The notes under the pieces were generated by a model that searched no databases, had not been told where the DNA came from, and saw only the letters and a program-made list of their open reading frames with translations. Both the position numbers and the translations under genes were made by a program. A stretch of 33,183 bases of DNA from a virus (Duplodnaviria; Caudoviricetes). Position 1 is the stretch's first letter. Each line of letters begins with the position of its first letter. The stretch covers positions 1-33,183 of the IMG/VR virus record IMGVR_UViG_3300016265_000187. The stretch is one strand, 5' to 3'. Below, piece after piece: positions 15,541-24,849 of this stretch.

Positions 15541-17256
15541 ATGCCAAGATTATCACTTTACAGACCAAATAAGCAAAACGACTATAGATTTATGGATCGT
15601 ACCATTTCTGAACAGCTAACTGTGGGCGGTACTGACCTTTATATCCATAAATATTTGGGTCCTGCCAATCAGGGTCCGTCTACTGACTATACTCAGCCCG
15701 AATATGATAGTTTAGATCCAACTAATATTCAAGACTTGTTATTTCTTGAAAACAGGGACAGAGCATATGATCCTGATATTTATAGATTACGCGGACATTA
15801 TGCGGTTCAAAACTTAGATTTTGACTTGTCTCAATTTGGATTATTCTTAAACAATGATATTATTTTTATTGTAGTTCATTACAATGACATGATTGATATC
15901 GTTGGTAGAAAGCTAATGGTAGGAGATGTGTTAGAACTTCCACACTTATTAGATTATAATCCTTTAAAAGAAACAATACCAGTAGCATTAAAAAGATTTT
16001 ATCAAATAACAGATGCTAATTATGCTAGTGAAGGATTTTCACAAACTTGGTACCCTCACTTGTGGCGTATCAAATGCGAACCATTAGTTGATAGTGAAGA
16101 GTTTTCACAAATACTTAATGAACCTATTAACAAAGATAACTATCTTGGTCCTTGGGAACCTGACAAAGTTTATCCTCAAGGTTATGTAATTAGCTATGGA
16201 GACAAAAATTACATAGCTAAACAAGAAGTGCCAATTGGCAAACTTCCACCTGATCCAGAATATTGGGAACTAGATACAGCAGAAGATTTAAAAGATATTC
16301 TAAGCACATACAATAGAAATATCAGCGTGAATAATGCTGCGTTAGAAGAAGCTAAACGTTTGGTGCCTAAAGCAGGTTATGATACTAGCAAGCTTTATAT
16401 AGTACCTACATATGGTCCGTTTGAACAAAACGGTGCATTGTCAACTAAGTATAGACAACCCGCTCCACCATACAATGTTATTGCTAATTTAAATGGTCCT
16501 CCTAATCCAGCTACCGCTTCAGTAGTATCAATGAGAAATCCTAACTACAAGACACCCAGCGTGGGTATTAAAATATCTAAAGATTCGCTAAAAAGTATTT
16601 GGGATATGACTGCTGATATGGATCATATTGATCTTTTAGATAAGTTTGTTCAAGCTAGTTTACAAGTTGTAGTAGAAGCTCCTGAATTAACTGATACTGG
16701 TTCAGGTTCAGTTGAAGGCACTAAAGTATTAACTGTACAGTCTTTGGGTGTAGTAACAGGTCCTTATGGCACGGCAGACAACACATATGCGACAGCAGAT
16801 CAAGATCCTACACAGCCTGGATTTACAGATGAAATAACTCCTGTAATGGACTTTAGAGCAGACTGTGATCCTAGATATCAATTTATTGTTCGTTCTACAC
16901 CGCAAACATTTGGTTATACTAGTGGTTACTTAACAGGTGACGGTTCTGCACCTAACGGATTCCCTACAGGTGCAGGCATCGCATTCCCGCAAAATCCACA
17001 AGTGGGTGATTACTTCTTGCGTATAGATTATTTGCCTCAGCTATTATACCGCTGGGACGGAAGAATATGGGTAAGAATTTCTGAAAACGTAAGAACAGAA
17101 ACAGGCTTTACATTTGAAGATAAGTCATTGCTGTCAGGATTTATTAATGACCGTGCAGAAATTTATCTAAATAATACTGAAGAGATTACTCCTGAATCAC
17201 AGGGTCTTTCTACAATATTACAACCATCGCCTGATGTGTTGCCTCCGGAGGAATAA
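15541..17256 (+). CDS. Neck / head-closure protein (T4 gp14-like) with accessory domains
   Basis: N-terminal region (GG.DLYIHKY, DL.LSQFG-like, GDVLELPH, W..KC.P) and position directly before the gp15-like gene fit gp14. Extended to 571 aa. Confidence 0.65.
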   Translation: MPRLSLYRPNKQNDYRFMDRTISEQLTVGGTDLYIHKYLGPANQGPSTDYTQPEYDSLDPTNIQDLLFLENRDRAYDPDIYRLRGHYAVQNLDFDLSQFGLFLNNDIIFIVVHYNDMIDIVGRKLMVGDVLELPHLLDYNPLKETIPVALKRFYQITDANYASEGFSQTWYPHLWRIKCEPLVDSEEFSQILNEPINKDNYLGPWEPDKVYPQGYVISYGDKNYIAKQEVPIGKLPPDPEYWELDTAEDLKDILSTYNRNISVNNAALEEAKRLVPKAGYDTSKLYIVPTYGPFEQNGALSTKYRQPAPPYNVIANLNGPPNPATASVVSMRNPNYKTPSVGIKISKDSLKSIWDMTADMDHIDLLDKFVQASLQVVVEAPELTDTGSGSVEGTKVLTVQSLGVVTGPYGTADNTYATADQDPTQPGFTDEITPVMDFRADCDPRYQFIVRSTPQTFGYTSGYLTGDGSAPNGFPTGAGIAFPQNPQVGDYFLRIDYLPQLLYRWDGRIWVRISENVRTETGFTFEDKSLLSGFINDRAEIYLNNTEEITPESQGLSTILQPSPDVLPPEE

Positions 17257-17259
17257 AGC

Positions 17260-18630
17260 TTGGCAGATTTTCATTATGATAACCAGATTAGAAGGTTTCT
17301 AATTCAATTTGGAAAAATTTTCAGTAACTGGTACGTAACAAAAGGTAAAGACCCTGCTGGTAATAAAATATTAGTTCGTGTTCCTGTTATGTATGGTGAC
17401 TCTAGTAGACAAGCAGCTACTATTATAGCTAATAATAGTGCTAGTAATTTACCTTCAGCACCTTTGATTTCATATTACATTTCTGGTTTAGAGTACGATC
17501 AAAAAAGAACTCAAGAACCTTTCTTTGTAGACAGAATAAATGTTCGTCAACGAGCATATGACCAAGATACACAATCTTATGAAACTACACAAGGACAAGC
17601 TTTTACAGTAGAAAGATTAATGCCAGTGCCCTATACTCTACGATTAACTGTAGATGTATGGACTACTAACTATCAACAAAAGTTAGAGTTAATGGAACAG
17701 TTGGGTGTATTATTCAATCCTTCTTTAGAAATACAAAGTACAGACAATTACATTGACTGGACTTCATTAACAGTTGTGTATCAAGATGGTTTAACGTTCA
17801 GTAGCAGAAGCATACCTCAAGGAACTGGTAATCCTATAGATGTGTTAAGTTGGAAGTTTTATATGCCAATTTGGATTAGTGCGCCCGCCAAACTAAAAAA
17901 GATGGGAGTAATTCAAAAAATTATTGCGTCTATTCATGAAGGTAGCTCAATAGACGATATTCAAAATGATGATATATTGTTAGGAACTAGACAAAAGATT
18001 ACAGCATATGGTTACAAAGTATTATTGCTTGGAAATTCTTTACAACTGTTGCCTAACAATGAAGCTTTTTATCCGCCTAACACTGATTTAGCATTACCTG
18101 ATTCACCTAATACTTCATTGTATTGGTCTAGCGTATTAAACGTGTATGGTGCAATTAGACCAGGTATATCACAAATATGGTTACAAAATCCATATATGGA
18201 AACAGACATTGTAGGTACAATAGTACCTGACCCATTAGACGATAGATTATTGATTTATAACATTGATCCTGACACCTTACCTCAGAATACATTAGATCCA
18301 GTAGACAGTGTTATCAATCCTTTGCTAACAGGCCCTAACGCAGGGTTACCTGGACCTATCAATGGTAAGCGATACTTAATAGTAGAAAATATAGGATCAG
18401 ATAATGCTACAACAGTTGCTTGGGGAAATTTAGTAGCGAACGCTAATGATATAATTCAGTATAACGCAAGTGCCGGAGAGTGGCAAGTAGCATTTGATAG
18501 TCAAGATTCGGAAGATGTTGAGTTTGTAACTAATATTACAACAGGTGTTCAGTATAGATATATAAACGGTTCATGGATGAAATCAGTAGATGGATGGTAC
18601 TCCGAGGGAGACTGGTCTGTGGTGGTATAA
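17260..18630 (+). CDS. Tail sheath stabiliser / tail terminator (T4 gp15-like) with C-terminal extension
   Basis: TTG start. Motifs FHYD.QIRRFL.QF..IFSN, VPV.YG, P.IS, PVPY.L....D.WT, EQ...LFNP. Confidence 0.82.
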   Translation: MADFHYDNQIRRFLIQFGKIFSNWYVTKGKDPAGNKILVRVPVMYGDSSRQAATIIANNSASNLPSAPLISYYISGLEYDQKRTQEPFFVDRINVRQRAYDQDTQSYETTQGQAFTVERLMPVPYTLRLTVDVWTTNYQQKLELMEQLGVLFNPSLEIQSTDNYIDWTSLTVVYQDGLTFSSRSIPQGTGNPIDVLSWKFYMPIWISAPAKLKKMGVIQKIIASIHEGSSIDDIQNDDILLGTRQKITAYGYKVLLLGNSLQLLPNNEAFYPPNTDLALPDSPNTSLYWSSVLNVYGAIRPGISQIWLQNPYMETDIVGTIVPDPLDDRLLIYNIDPDTLPQNTLDPVDSVINPLLTGPNAGLPGPINGKRYLIVENIGSDNATTVAWGNLVANANDIIQYNASAGEWQVAFDSQDSEDVEFVTNITTGVQYRYINGSWMKSVDGWYSEGDWSVVV

Positions 18631-19041
18631 GTGAAGCAAGCCGCGGGTATTTTCTTTTACAGCACATCAACTAATAGATATCTATATTTGCTTAGATCAG
18701 ATACTAGAAATCCAAGTTGGAGCATGCCAGGTGGAGGCATTGAAAAAGACGAAACTCTTTTAGAAGGTCTTACTAGAGAATGTTTAGAAGAAATGAATAT
18801 AGATATTACTGGATTCAAACTTATACCTATTCAAAAATTTGTAAACAATGATTTTACATACAACACTTTTTATTGTGAAGTAGAAAAAGAATTTATACCT
18901 AACTTAAATTACGAACACATAGGCTATGCATGGGTGGGAGGAGATCAGTATCCTAAGCCATTGCATCCAGGGTTGTTTTCTACTATTAACTTTGATTTAG
19001 TTCAAGATAAATTAAAAGCATTAAAAGAAAAACGGCTCTAA
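18631..19041 (+). CDS. NUDIX hydrolase
   Basis: Nudix box W.MPGGGIEKDETLLEGLTRECLEEM and downstream LN.EH..YAW. Confidence 0.92.
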   Translation: MKQAAGIFFYSTSTNRYLYLLRSDTRNPSWSMPGGGIEKDETLLEGLTRECLEEMNIDITGFKLIPIQKFVNNDFTYNTFYCEVEKEFIPNLNYEHIGYAWVGGDQYPKPLHPGLFSTINFDLVQDKLKALKEKRL

Positions 19042-19055
19042 GAGCCGTTTTCTTT
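19028..19055. terminator. Bidirectional intrinsic terminator
   Basis: AAAAACGGCTC-taa-GAGCCGTTTTCTTT between convergent genes. The loop is the NUDIX stop codon. Confidence 0.85.
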
Positions 19056-19073
19056 ATCTTGATATTGCTATAA

Positions 19074-19388
19074 TTAAAACAGTATACCTAAAACAAAAGA
19101 ACCCAATGAACCGATAACTATACCTGCACCCATGATCATCCATCTCCACTTTTCTAAATTAGAAATCTTTGATGACATTTCCTTGTGTGACTTGATGTTA
19201 TCAGCTTGAAACTCTCTTATAAGAGTAATAGCTTTATCAGAAGACTCCTCGATATCCTCTCGGAGTCCTGTGATATCTGTTTTTATTTCGGCTATTTTTT
19301 CATCCAAATTGGTAAATCTAACCTGCAAAACAGCAATATCTGTTTCAGCTTGTTTGAGTTGTTGCGGTACGGATGTTGAAGTAGCCAT
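19074..19388 (-). CDS. Coiled-coil protein with C-terminal transmembrane helix (holin/XhlA-like architecture)
   Basis: Heptad pattern followed by LEKWRWMIMGAGIVIGSLGSFVLGILF. Confidence 0.55.
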   Translation of the reverse strand: MATSTSVPQQLKQAETDIAVLQVRFTNLDEKIAEIKTDITGLREDIEESSDKAITLIREFQADNIKSHKEMSSKISNLEKWRWMIMGAGIVIGSLGSFVLGILF

Positions 19389-19395
19389 AATTTAA

Positions 19396-20646
19396 TTACG
19401 CATTTCCTATTGTTACTATTGGGTAAGGCTGTCCGTCATATGTGTTAGCAGCATACGCAGTATTAAACGTACCAAATGCAGGATCAGCATTAGCAAGTAC
19501 TATGTTACCAGTAGCTACCGGGCCTGATGTAGAAGTAAATAGCTCAGCAGTATGATCGCTCAAGCTTTGAACTTTTACAGTGCTTGAGTTAGCGTAAGTA
19601 GCAGTAACAGTCATAGTATTAGGTAACATTGCTGTGTTTGCTACGTTTGCAGTATATACAGCACCTACTAAACCTGAGCTAGTTCCTTTAACCAAATACT
19701 TTTGCTTGCCTTTCTGACGAACAATATAACCAGCTTCTGGAGTAGCATATACAAATGATGCTCCTGAAATATTTGCTGAAGCGTTAGCGGTTAATAGTGT
19801 TGTATCTTGCAGTGCGTATGATTCTGCATCTTCGTCAGTTAGTCCAACGTTTGCTCCGCCAGCAGTTAGTGATACAGTAAATGCAGCAGCGTTTGGAATA
19901 GCTTTAACAAAGTATGTAGTTCCTGCTGTTAATCCGCCTATATTAGCAGTTAATGTAACAGGAAGATTTGCAAACAATGTTTGAGCATTACCTACAGTAG
20001 TCAAGAAATTACCAGTTGCAGTTGCATTTGAAATTTCAACGTTAGCAGTACCAGTTGCAGTATCAACGTAACCTAGAGTTACTAATGATCCGTCAGTGTC
20101 TACGTACTGGATAACTGAATCAGCAGCAATGTTGGCCAAATCAGTTCCTAATCCACCTACTACGTTGCTGTCATCAAAGCCGTACAATGTACCGGTACCG
20201 TTTTGACCAATAGCTACGTTACACAAAACTTGTGAACCATAGATAGCAGTATTACCACCTACTACTGAGTAAGTGTTAGCATTTGATGCGGGATAACCTG
20301 CGCCGCCTGTTGGGTTGTTGAAATATCCATCAACAACATTAACTGAAAGTGCTACGCTTTGACTACTAGTTGATGATAAGTTAACTTTTGTATAGTTTGG
20401 GTTAGCACTTAGTTCAGTTGCAGAAACAGTAAATGTACTATTGTTACCTGAAGTAATAACTTCTAAAATCCAATATGTAGTTCCACCAGTTAATCCGCCT
20501 ACTGTACTAGCTGGAATAAATGGCATACCTGCAATAATACCTAATGTAGTAAAATTTGCTGATGTAGTTACAATTTCAGTTGAGCCATCAGTGTCAGTTA
20601 AAGTAATAACTGCCTGTGCTTTTGCGATTTTTAAAGGACGTCCCAT
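19396..20646 (-). CDS. Virion structural protein (beta-rich, internal repeat)
   Basis: 416 aa, T/G/A/N-rich, with two related segments GGLTGGTTYWI...FTVS and GGLTAGTTYFV...FTVS. Late box at 20732-20739 and AAGGAG SD. Confidence 0.7.
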   Translation of the reverse strand: MGRPLKIAKAQAVITLTDTDGSTEIVTTSANFTTLGIIAGMPFIPASTVGGLTGGTTYWILEVITSGNNSTFTVSATELSANPNYTKVNLSSTSSQSVALSVNVVDGYFNNPTGGAGYPASNANTYSVVGGNTAIYGSQVLCNVAIGQNGTGTLYGFDDSNVVGGLGTDLANIAADSVIQYVDTDGSLVTLGYVDTATGTANVEISNATATGNFLTTVGNAQTLFANLPVTLTANIGGLTAGTTYFVKAIPNAAAFTVSLTAGGANVGLTDEDAESYALQDTTLLTANASANISGASFVYATPEAGYIVRQKGKQKYLVKGTSSGLVGAVYTANVANTAMLPNTMTVTATYANSSTVKVQSLSDHTAELFTSTSGPVATGNIVLANADPAFGTFNTAYAANTYDGQPYPIVTIGNA

Positions 20647-20667
20647 TTGTTTTCTCCTTGAATAGTT

Positions 20668-20726
20668 GGGGGTTCTAGCCCCTACGCGGTGGGGACCGCA
20701 TAAAATTCTCCCTATGAGAATGTTAT
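20668..20726 (-). promoter_or_regulatory. Structured 5' leader with three adjacent hairpins
   Basis: Minus strand: ATTCTC-ATAGG-GAGAAT, TATGCGGT-CCCC-ACCGCGTA, GGGG-CTAGAA-CCCC, located between the late box and the SD. Confidence 0.65.
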
Positions 20727-20731
20727 AAAGC

Positions 20732-20739
20732 TATTTATC
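20732..20739 (-). promoter_or_regulatory. Late promoter box GATAAATA
   Basis: Intergenic, upstream of the structured leader. Confidence 0.7.
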
Positions 20740-20753
20740 TATTCAGTTAAAAA

Positions 20754-21293
20754 TTAGTAGCCAGTAGTACCCGTATTCGCATGTGGTTCACCTAGTTCTG
20801 TAATGCTAATCTGACTATTTGCGCCTACACTTAGAAACGATACTACGTTACCTTGTCCTACTATTACTGTATTAACTATAGTGTTTGCAGGAATGATACC
20901 GCTAGCAGTAGGACAACTAGATGGATCTAGTGTTTCATCTACAAAAGGTACTCCATAAGGTGAATATGTAAATGCAGCATCACTTACTGCCACACCTGAA
21001 TTAGCGGTCAACGTTAAACTAGTATTATTTGCAATTGAAGATACTATTCCTACTGTTGTGCCAGTAGCGTTTCCAATCCAATATCCTTCACTTAGTTGAG
21101 TTGTAAAACTAGTACCATTTCCTGTAACTGTTGTTGTGTTAGTAGCAGCAGTTATATTGCCTGTTCCAGCAGTGTTAGGGAAGCCTACTGCATAAAGAAC
21201 GGGTTCTAATGTTGCGATGCGTACTCTATCAGTAGCTATATTAGCTGATACTGTAGCTGCCGCATTGCTTGAATTGTAAACGTAAGTTGTCAT
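20754..21293 (-). CDS. Small virion structural protein
   Basis: 179 aa, T/N/G-rich. GTGNITA...TTVTGNGTSFTTQL...IANNTSLTL is a module common in phage tail/baseplate proteins. Late box CATAAATA at 21312-21319. Confidence 0.65.
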   Translation of the reverse strand: MTTYVYNSSNAAATVSANIATDRVRIATLEPVLYAVGFPNTAGTGNITAATNTTTVTGNGTSFTTQLSEGYWIGNATGTTVGIVSSIANNTSLTLTANSGVAVSDAAFTYSPYGVPFVDETLDPSSCPTASGIIPANTIVNTVIVGQGNVVSFLSVGANSQISITELGEPHANTGTTGY

Positions 21294-21314
21294 TTTTTAT
21301 CCTTATAATTATAT

Positions 21315-22976
21315 TTATGCGTATGTAGCACCTATTGTGTACCACTTAGTAGTGCTTACAGCATAGTATTGTAAACTAGCTCCAGCAACGTGCGTATAAG
21401 CAGCATTTGTTGCTAATGAATTAATTGCTGCGCTGGTAGCAGGGTATACATTCATATCAGTAGCACTTGTATTATTTACAATAATAACCATACCAGCTAC
21501 TGCTGTAGGTAGTCTTACACCTTGACCTGCACTAACAGTAGAAATAACATTGATATCTTTAGTTAACGCTGTAGCATCACCTTGAATTGAACCAGCTGCG
21601 CTTATAGCAGTAGCTACACTGCGAATTACATAACTTGAAGTTGTAACGTTAGCACCAGTGATATTACCAGTAACTGCAAGTGATGTTAATGTACCTACTG
21701 AAGTAATGTTAGGCTGAGCAGCAGTAGTGAGTGTTCCAGTTAATAATGAAGCGCCTATAGTACCCGTGTTAGCGTACACATTGCTAGCTAATAAATTACC
21801 AAATATCTCTGCCCCAGAAGTAGTAGCTCTAATTCTTTCAGTTGACGCAACTGTAGTTGAAACATTGCCTCCAGAAGTAATTACAATATTACTAGTTCCG
21901 TTGAACACACTATTGGTATTAATATTATTTGCTAAAATATTTGCGCTAGCATCGCGTACTACAATAGTAGTAGCACTAGAAGCTACTGAAGTATCGTATC
22001 CATCTACTAAGTCTACGTTTAGATTAGCTACTTTTGTAGTAGAAGTCACCGTTAGTGGAGCGGTACCTGTTGATATATTAGAAACTAGTCTAGATGCGGT
22101 TACAGTGCCAGTTGCATTTAAGTTACCAACATTAGCATTACCTGAAACTGTTAATAAACTATTACCGTTGTCCCAAGTAAAACTAGCACTACCTGCAAAA
22201 CCTGAACCATCATTATACTGTACTGAATTTGTAGTACCACCTACGACCCCTGCACCACCACTGCCACCAACTGTAGAAATAGCAATGCCGTTGGGAGAGT
22301 TGTCATACTCAATAGAACCATCTATGAATACGTTTGCGTTTGCTAAATCGTCAGTAGTAAATAATATTGTGTTGCCTGAACTAGGATAATCGTTAGATAG
22401 TTTTACATAAAATATCTGTGAGTTAACGTTAGCATTTCCGTTACCCTCAACGCCGGTTATTGTTATTTCAGAACCATTAGTATAAGGTGTGTTACCGTCT
22501 ACTTCCATTATTATAGCGTTAGCACCATACCCGAATGTATTAGAAACGTCGGGTGATAAATTTGCTATAGGGGTATACAAAGCACCTTTGGGTGTCCAAG
22601 ATAGATTACCTAAACCATCAGTGGTTAATACATAATTGATAGCACCGCCGGTTATTTGAACGTTTGATGCAGTACCAAGCGATATAAATCCACCTACGTT
22701 GCCGCCTCTATTTACCCAGTTATTGCCGTCATAAACAAGCACTTGACCATTAGCAACGGTATTGCTAATGTTGATGTTACCCACAACACCTTCTATTTGA
22801 CTAAAATTAATTCTTGAATAAGAGGTAAGAACTTCAATATTTTCGTTGGGAGTTTCTTTACCTATGAATAAACGCTTTTCATCAGAAGCCCAACCGAATT
22901 CGGCTTCGGATAACTGCGGAAGATCAACTAAGTTTCCTGATCTTTGCTGAAGTTTTGAAATCTGGATAATGGCCAT
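21315..22976 (-). CDS. Tail fibre-like protein with Mtd-N-like N-terminal domain
   Basis: N-terminus IQISK.Q.R.G....LPQL..AEFGWA.D.KRLFIG resembles the major tropism determinant N-terminal module. The remainder is N/G/T-rich fibre repeats. Confidence 0.7.
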   Translation of the reverse strand: MAIIQISKLQQRSGNLVDLPQLSEAEFGWASDEKRLFIGKETPNENIEVLTSYSRINFSQIEGVVGNINISNTVANGQVLVYDGNNWVNRGGNVGGFISLGTASNVQITGGAINYVLTTDGLGNLSWTPKGALYTPIANLSPDVSNTFGYGANAIIMEVDGNTPYTNGSEITITGVEGNGNANVNSQIFYVKLSNDYPSSGNTILFTTDDLANANVFIDGSIEYDNSPNGIAISTVGGSGGAGVVGGTTNSVQYNDGSGFAGSASFTWDNGNSLLTVSGNANVGNLNATGTVTASRLVSNISTGTAPLTVTSTTKVANLNVDLVDGYDTSVASSATTIVVRDASANILANNINTNSVFNGTSNIVITSGGNVSTTVASTERIRATTSGAEIFGNLLASNVYANTGTIGASLLTGTLTTAAQPNITSVGTLTSLAVTGNITGANVTTSSYVIRSVATAISAAGSIQGDATALTKDINVISTVSAGQGVRLPTAVAGMVIIVNNTSATDMNVYPATSAAINSLATNAAYTHVAGASLQYYAVSTTKWYTIGATYA

Positions 22977-23016
22977 AAGATATAACTTTCCATAATAGTG
23001 TTATATCTTATTTATC
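22975..23016 (-). promoter_or_regulatory. Late box (23009-23016) overlapping a 12-bp hairpin that covers the translation start
   Basis: ATAAGATATAAC (22975-22986) and GTTATATCTTAT (23000-23011) form a perfect inverted repeat. Confidence 0.75.
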
Positions 23017-23027
23017 TTTGTTGAATG

Positions 23028-23726
23028 TTAAACGAACTTGGAGTAGTATTGCTCTAATCTTTTAAACCATTCATTTACATAATGATCAAATTCATTGCCT
23101 TCTATAATAAATTCTTGATACTCATTATCTTTAGAACACATAAGAATAACACCTTTGCGAATACTAGTGCCCCAAACTTCATTATGTGCTGTAGCGTATG
23201 CGGCCGTTTGTATGAAATAGTCGTCAATCCATTCGCGTTTTTTAAGTTTATTCGTTTGCTTAAAGTCCATGATAGCTTCTTGATTTTCATGAACACCTAC
23301 TAAATCAGTAGTACCTGCGTACATTTCTGGAAAGTAAAGTGATGCTTCAGTTCCCCAAAATTCATTACACTTAGACAATCCGTTTGTAATAATAGAAGCT
23401 GCCATTTTATAACTTTGTTGACTATAAGGATTTGAGCCGGGCTCACCGGTTTCTCCAAGCTTTATATAGTTTTCTAACCACTTGTGCATCCTAGTTCCAC
23501 GTCCAGCAGCTTCAGTAGTGATTGCTTGTGCTTGTTTATGTCCTACACGATTACGCCAGTTTTGTAATGCTTGTTTAGCTTCTTCTGGTTTGGTAGCGTC
23601 TAATATTGTAGTTACACTGGGAACAGCGAAACCGTCAGGTGTTAGGTATTTTCTAGAACCATTTGTGTTAGTTCTTTTTAACTCTTGATAATTAAACTTG
23701 TTTGGGTTGTAAATAGGGTTTGTCAA
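23028..23726 (-). CDS. PD-(D/E)XK exonuclease (RecB/Cas4/MGME1-like phage exonuclease)
   Basis: TTG start. Motifs PSVTTIL, RGT.MH..LE, E..LY, YAGT.DL, IMDFK and Y.IQ..AYA.A. Confidence 0.88.
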   Translation of the reverse strand: MTNPIYNPNKFNYQELKRTNTNGSRKYLTPDGFAVPSVTTILDATKPEEAKQALQNWRNRVGHKQAQAITTEAAGRGTRMHKWLENYIKLGETGEPGSNPYSQQSYKMAASIITNGLSKCNEFWGTEASLYFPEMYAGTTDLVGVHENQEAIMDFKQTNKLKKREWIDDYFIQTAAYATAHNEVWGTSIRKGVILMCSKDNEYQEFIIEGNEFDHYVNEWFKRLEQYYSKFV

Positions 23727-23749
23727 TTGATTTTCTCTTATAATGTTTA

Positions 23750-23778
23750 ATTATACTTTATATTCTTAAACATAGCAA
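23750..23778 (-). promoter_or_regulatory. Sigma70-type promoter TTGCTA-N17-TATAAT
   Basis: -35 at 23778-23773 and perfect -10 at 23755-23750, upstream of the exonuclease. Confidence 0.75.
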
Positions 23779-23790
23779 GTAGATAAACAA

Positions 23791-24120
23791 TTATTTCATG
23801 GCGCTTTTAGCCATTTGTGCTACAGTTTTTTCTTGTTCGGTTTCTTGTTCAGGATTATCTGAATCGTCTGTTTGTCCTTTAAAAACAACTTTGTCGCCTT
23901 GTATGTTTTTAACAACTTGTTTTAATGGAGGAACTTGTATCATGTTGTACAAGTCAGTTACGTCTAGAATAATATCATAATCTTGAAAATAATCTAGCAA
24001 CTGATCTGTTGTCATGCCAAAGTTAAGTTTGCCATTATCCAGATCAGTTTTTAGTTGGTCGGTTACAGCAACAAGTTTTGTTGCTAATCCCGGGTCAGCT
24101 TCAAGTTCAAAAAGACGCAT
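23791..24120 (-). CDS. Hypothetical protein (possible head-internal protein)
   Basis: 109 aa, starts MRLFE, and its start overlaps the upstream stop (TAATG). Confidence 0.65.
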   Translation of the reverse strand: MRLFELEADPGLATKLVAVTDQLKTDLDNGKLNFGMTTDQLLDYFQDYDIILDVTDLYNMIQVPPLKQVVKNIQGDKVVFKGQTDDSDNPEQETEQEKTVAQMAKSAMK

Positions 24121-24821
24121 TATCTTTTTGCTCTACCTACTCCACCTACAGCAGGTTGCTCAGGTTCTTCTACGTCAACATCTAGATCCAAATCTAAATC
24201 AGCTTCGGGTTCTACTCCCATGTCAGTATCCATGCCTTGCTCCATATCACCCATAGCTGTATCAGTTGGCGCAAACGAGTCCATACCGCCCTGACCTGTT
24301 ATGATACCAAGTGCGCTTTGTAGTGAATTCTTAGAATTCAACAATGCATCATTCAATGCTTTCAATGCTTCACCGGCTTGAGTATTAAATTCAGTACTTT
24401 CGTTAGCTCCGATTTCAGATTGAATGCTGCTTACTAATGCAGGAAGTTCTTTAACCATCATGTCGTTAACATCTTCGTACATTTTTTGAACAGTGTCAAT
24501 CATATCTTGTGCAGCTAAGATTACCTGTGATTTTTCAACTTCTTCGTTTTCTATAACAATTCTAGGCTTAGGAGCATTTAATAAATCTTTGTAATGAGTG
24601 CTTAATGCTTGTTCCATAAAAACTAGCTTCATGTATGAGGAAGAAGTTTGGTTCTTATAAAAATCGCTAGACTGTTTAGCTTCTTTGATAAGACCAGTAA
24701 CTTTAGATAGCATAGTTTTTGTTTTTATTTTATCCAAAGAGGATACATCAAAAGACATTTCAAAGCTTTCTTTTAATGCTTCTTTTGCGTAATTCTTATG
24801 TTCTAGATCATTTAGTTTCAT
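24120..24821 (-). CDS. Acidic helical protein, possible prohead core/scaffold component
   Basis: 233 aa with xxE motifs (LKE, IKE, VIE) and an acidic C-terminus. Late box at 24847-24854. Confidence 0.55.
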   Translation of the reverse strand: MKLNDLEHKNYAKEALKESFEMSFDVSSLDKIKTKTMLSKVTGLIKEAKQSSDFYKNQTSSSYMKLVFMEQALSTHYKDLLNAPKPRIVIENEEVEKSQVILAAQDMIDTVQKMYEDVNDMMVKELPALVSSIQSEIGANESTEFNTQAGEALKALNDALLNSKNSLQSALGIITGQGGMDSFAPTDTAMGDMEQGMDTDMGVEPEADLDLDLDVDVEEPEQPAVGGVGRAKR

Positions 24822-24849
24822 AATAATGTGTCCAATGTTGATTAAGTAT

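Noticed and set aside
20668-20682. GGTTCTAGC resembling a preQ1-I riboswitch loop
   Set aside because: It is on the strand opposite the downstream gene, the loop is too short, and there is no properly placed A-rich tail.
21315-22976. Diversity-generating retroelement target suggested by the Mtd-N-like domain
   Set aside because: There is no reverse transcriptase and no TR/VR repeat pair differing at adenines in the window. Mtd-N-like modules are common without DGRs.
23028-23726. Cas4 / CRISPR system
   Set aside because: There is no four-Cys Fe-S pattern, no array and no other cas genes. It is an ordinary phage PD-(D/E)XK exonuclease.
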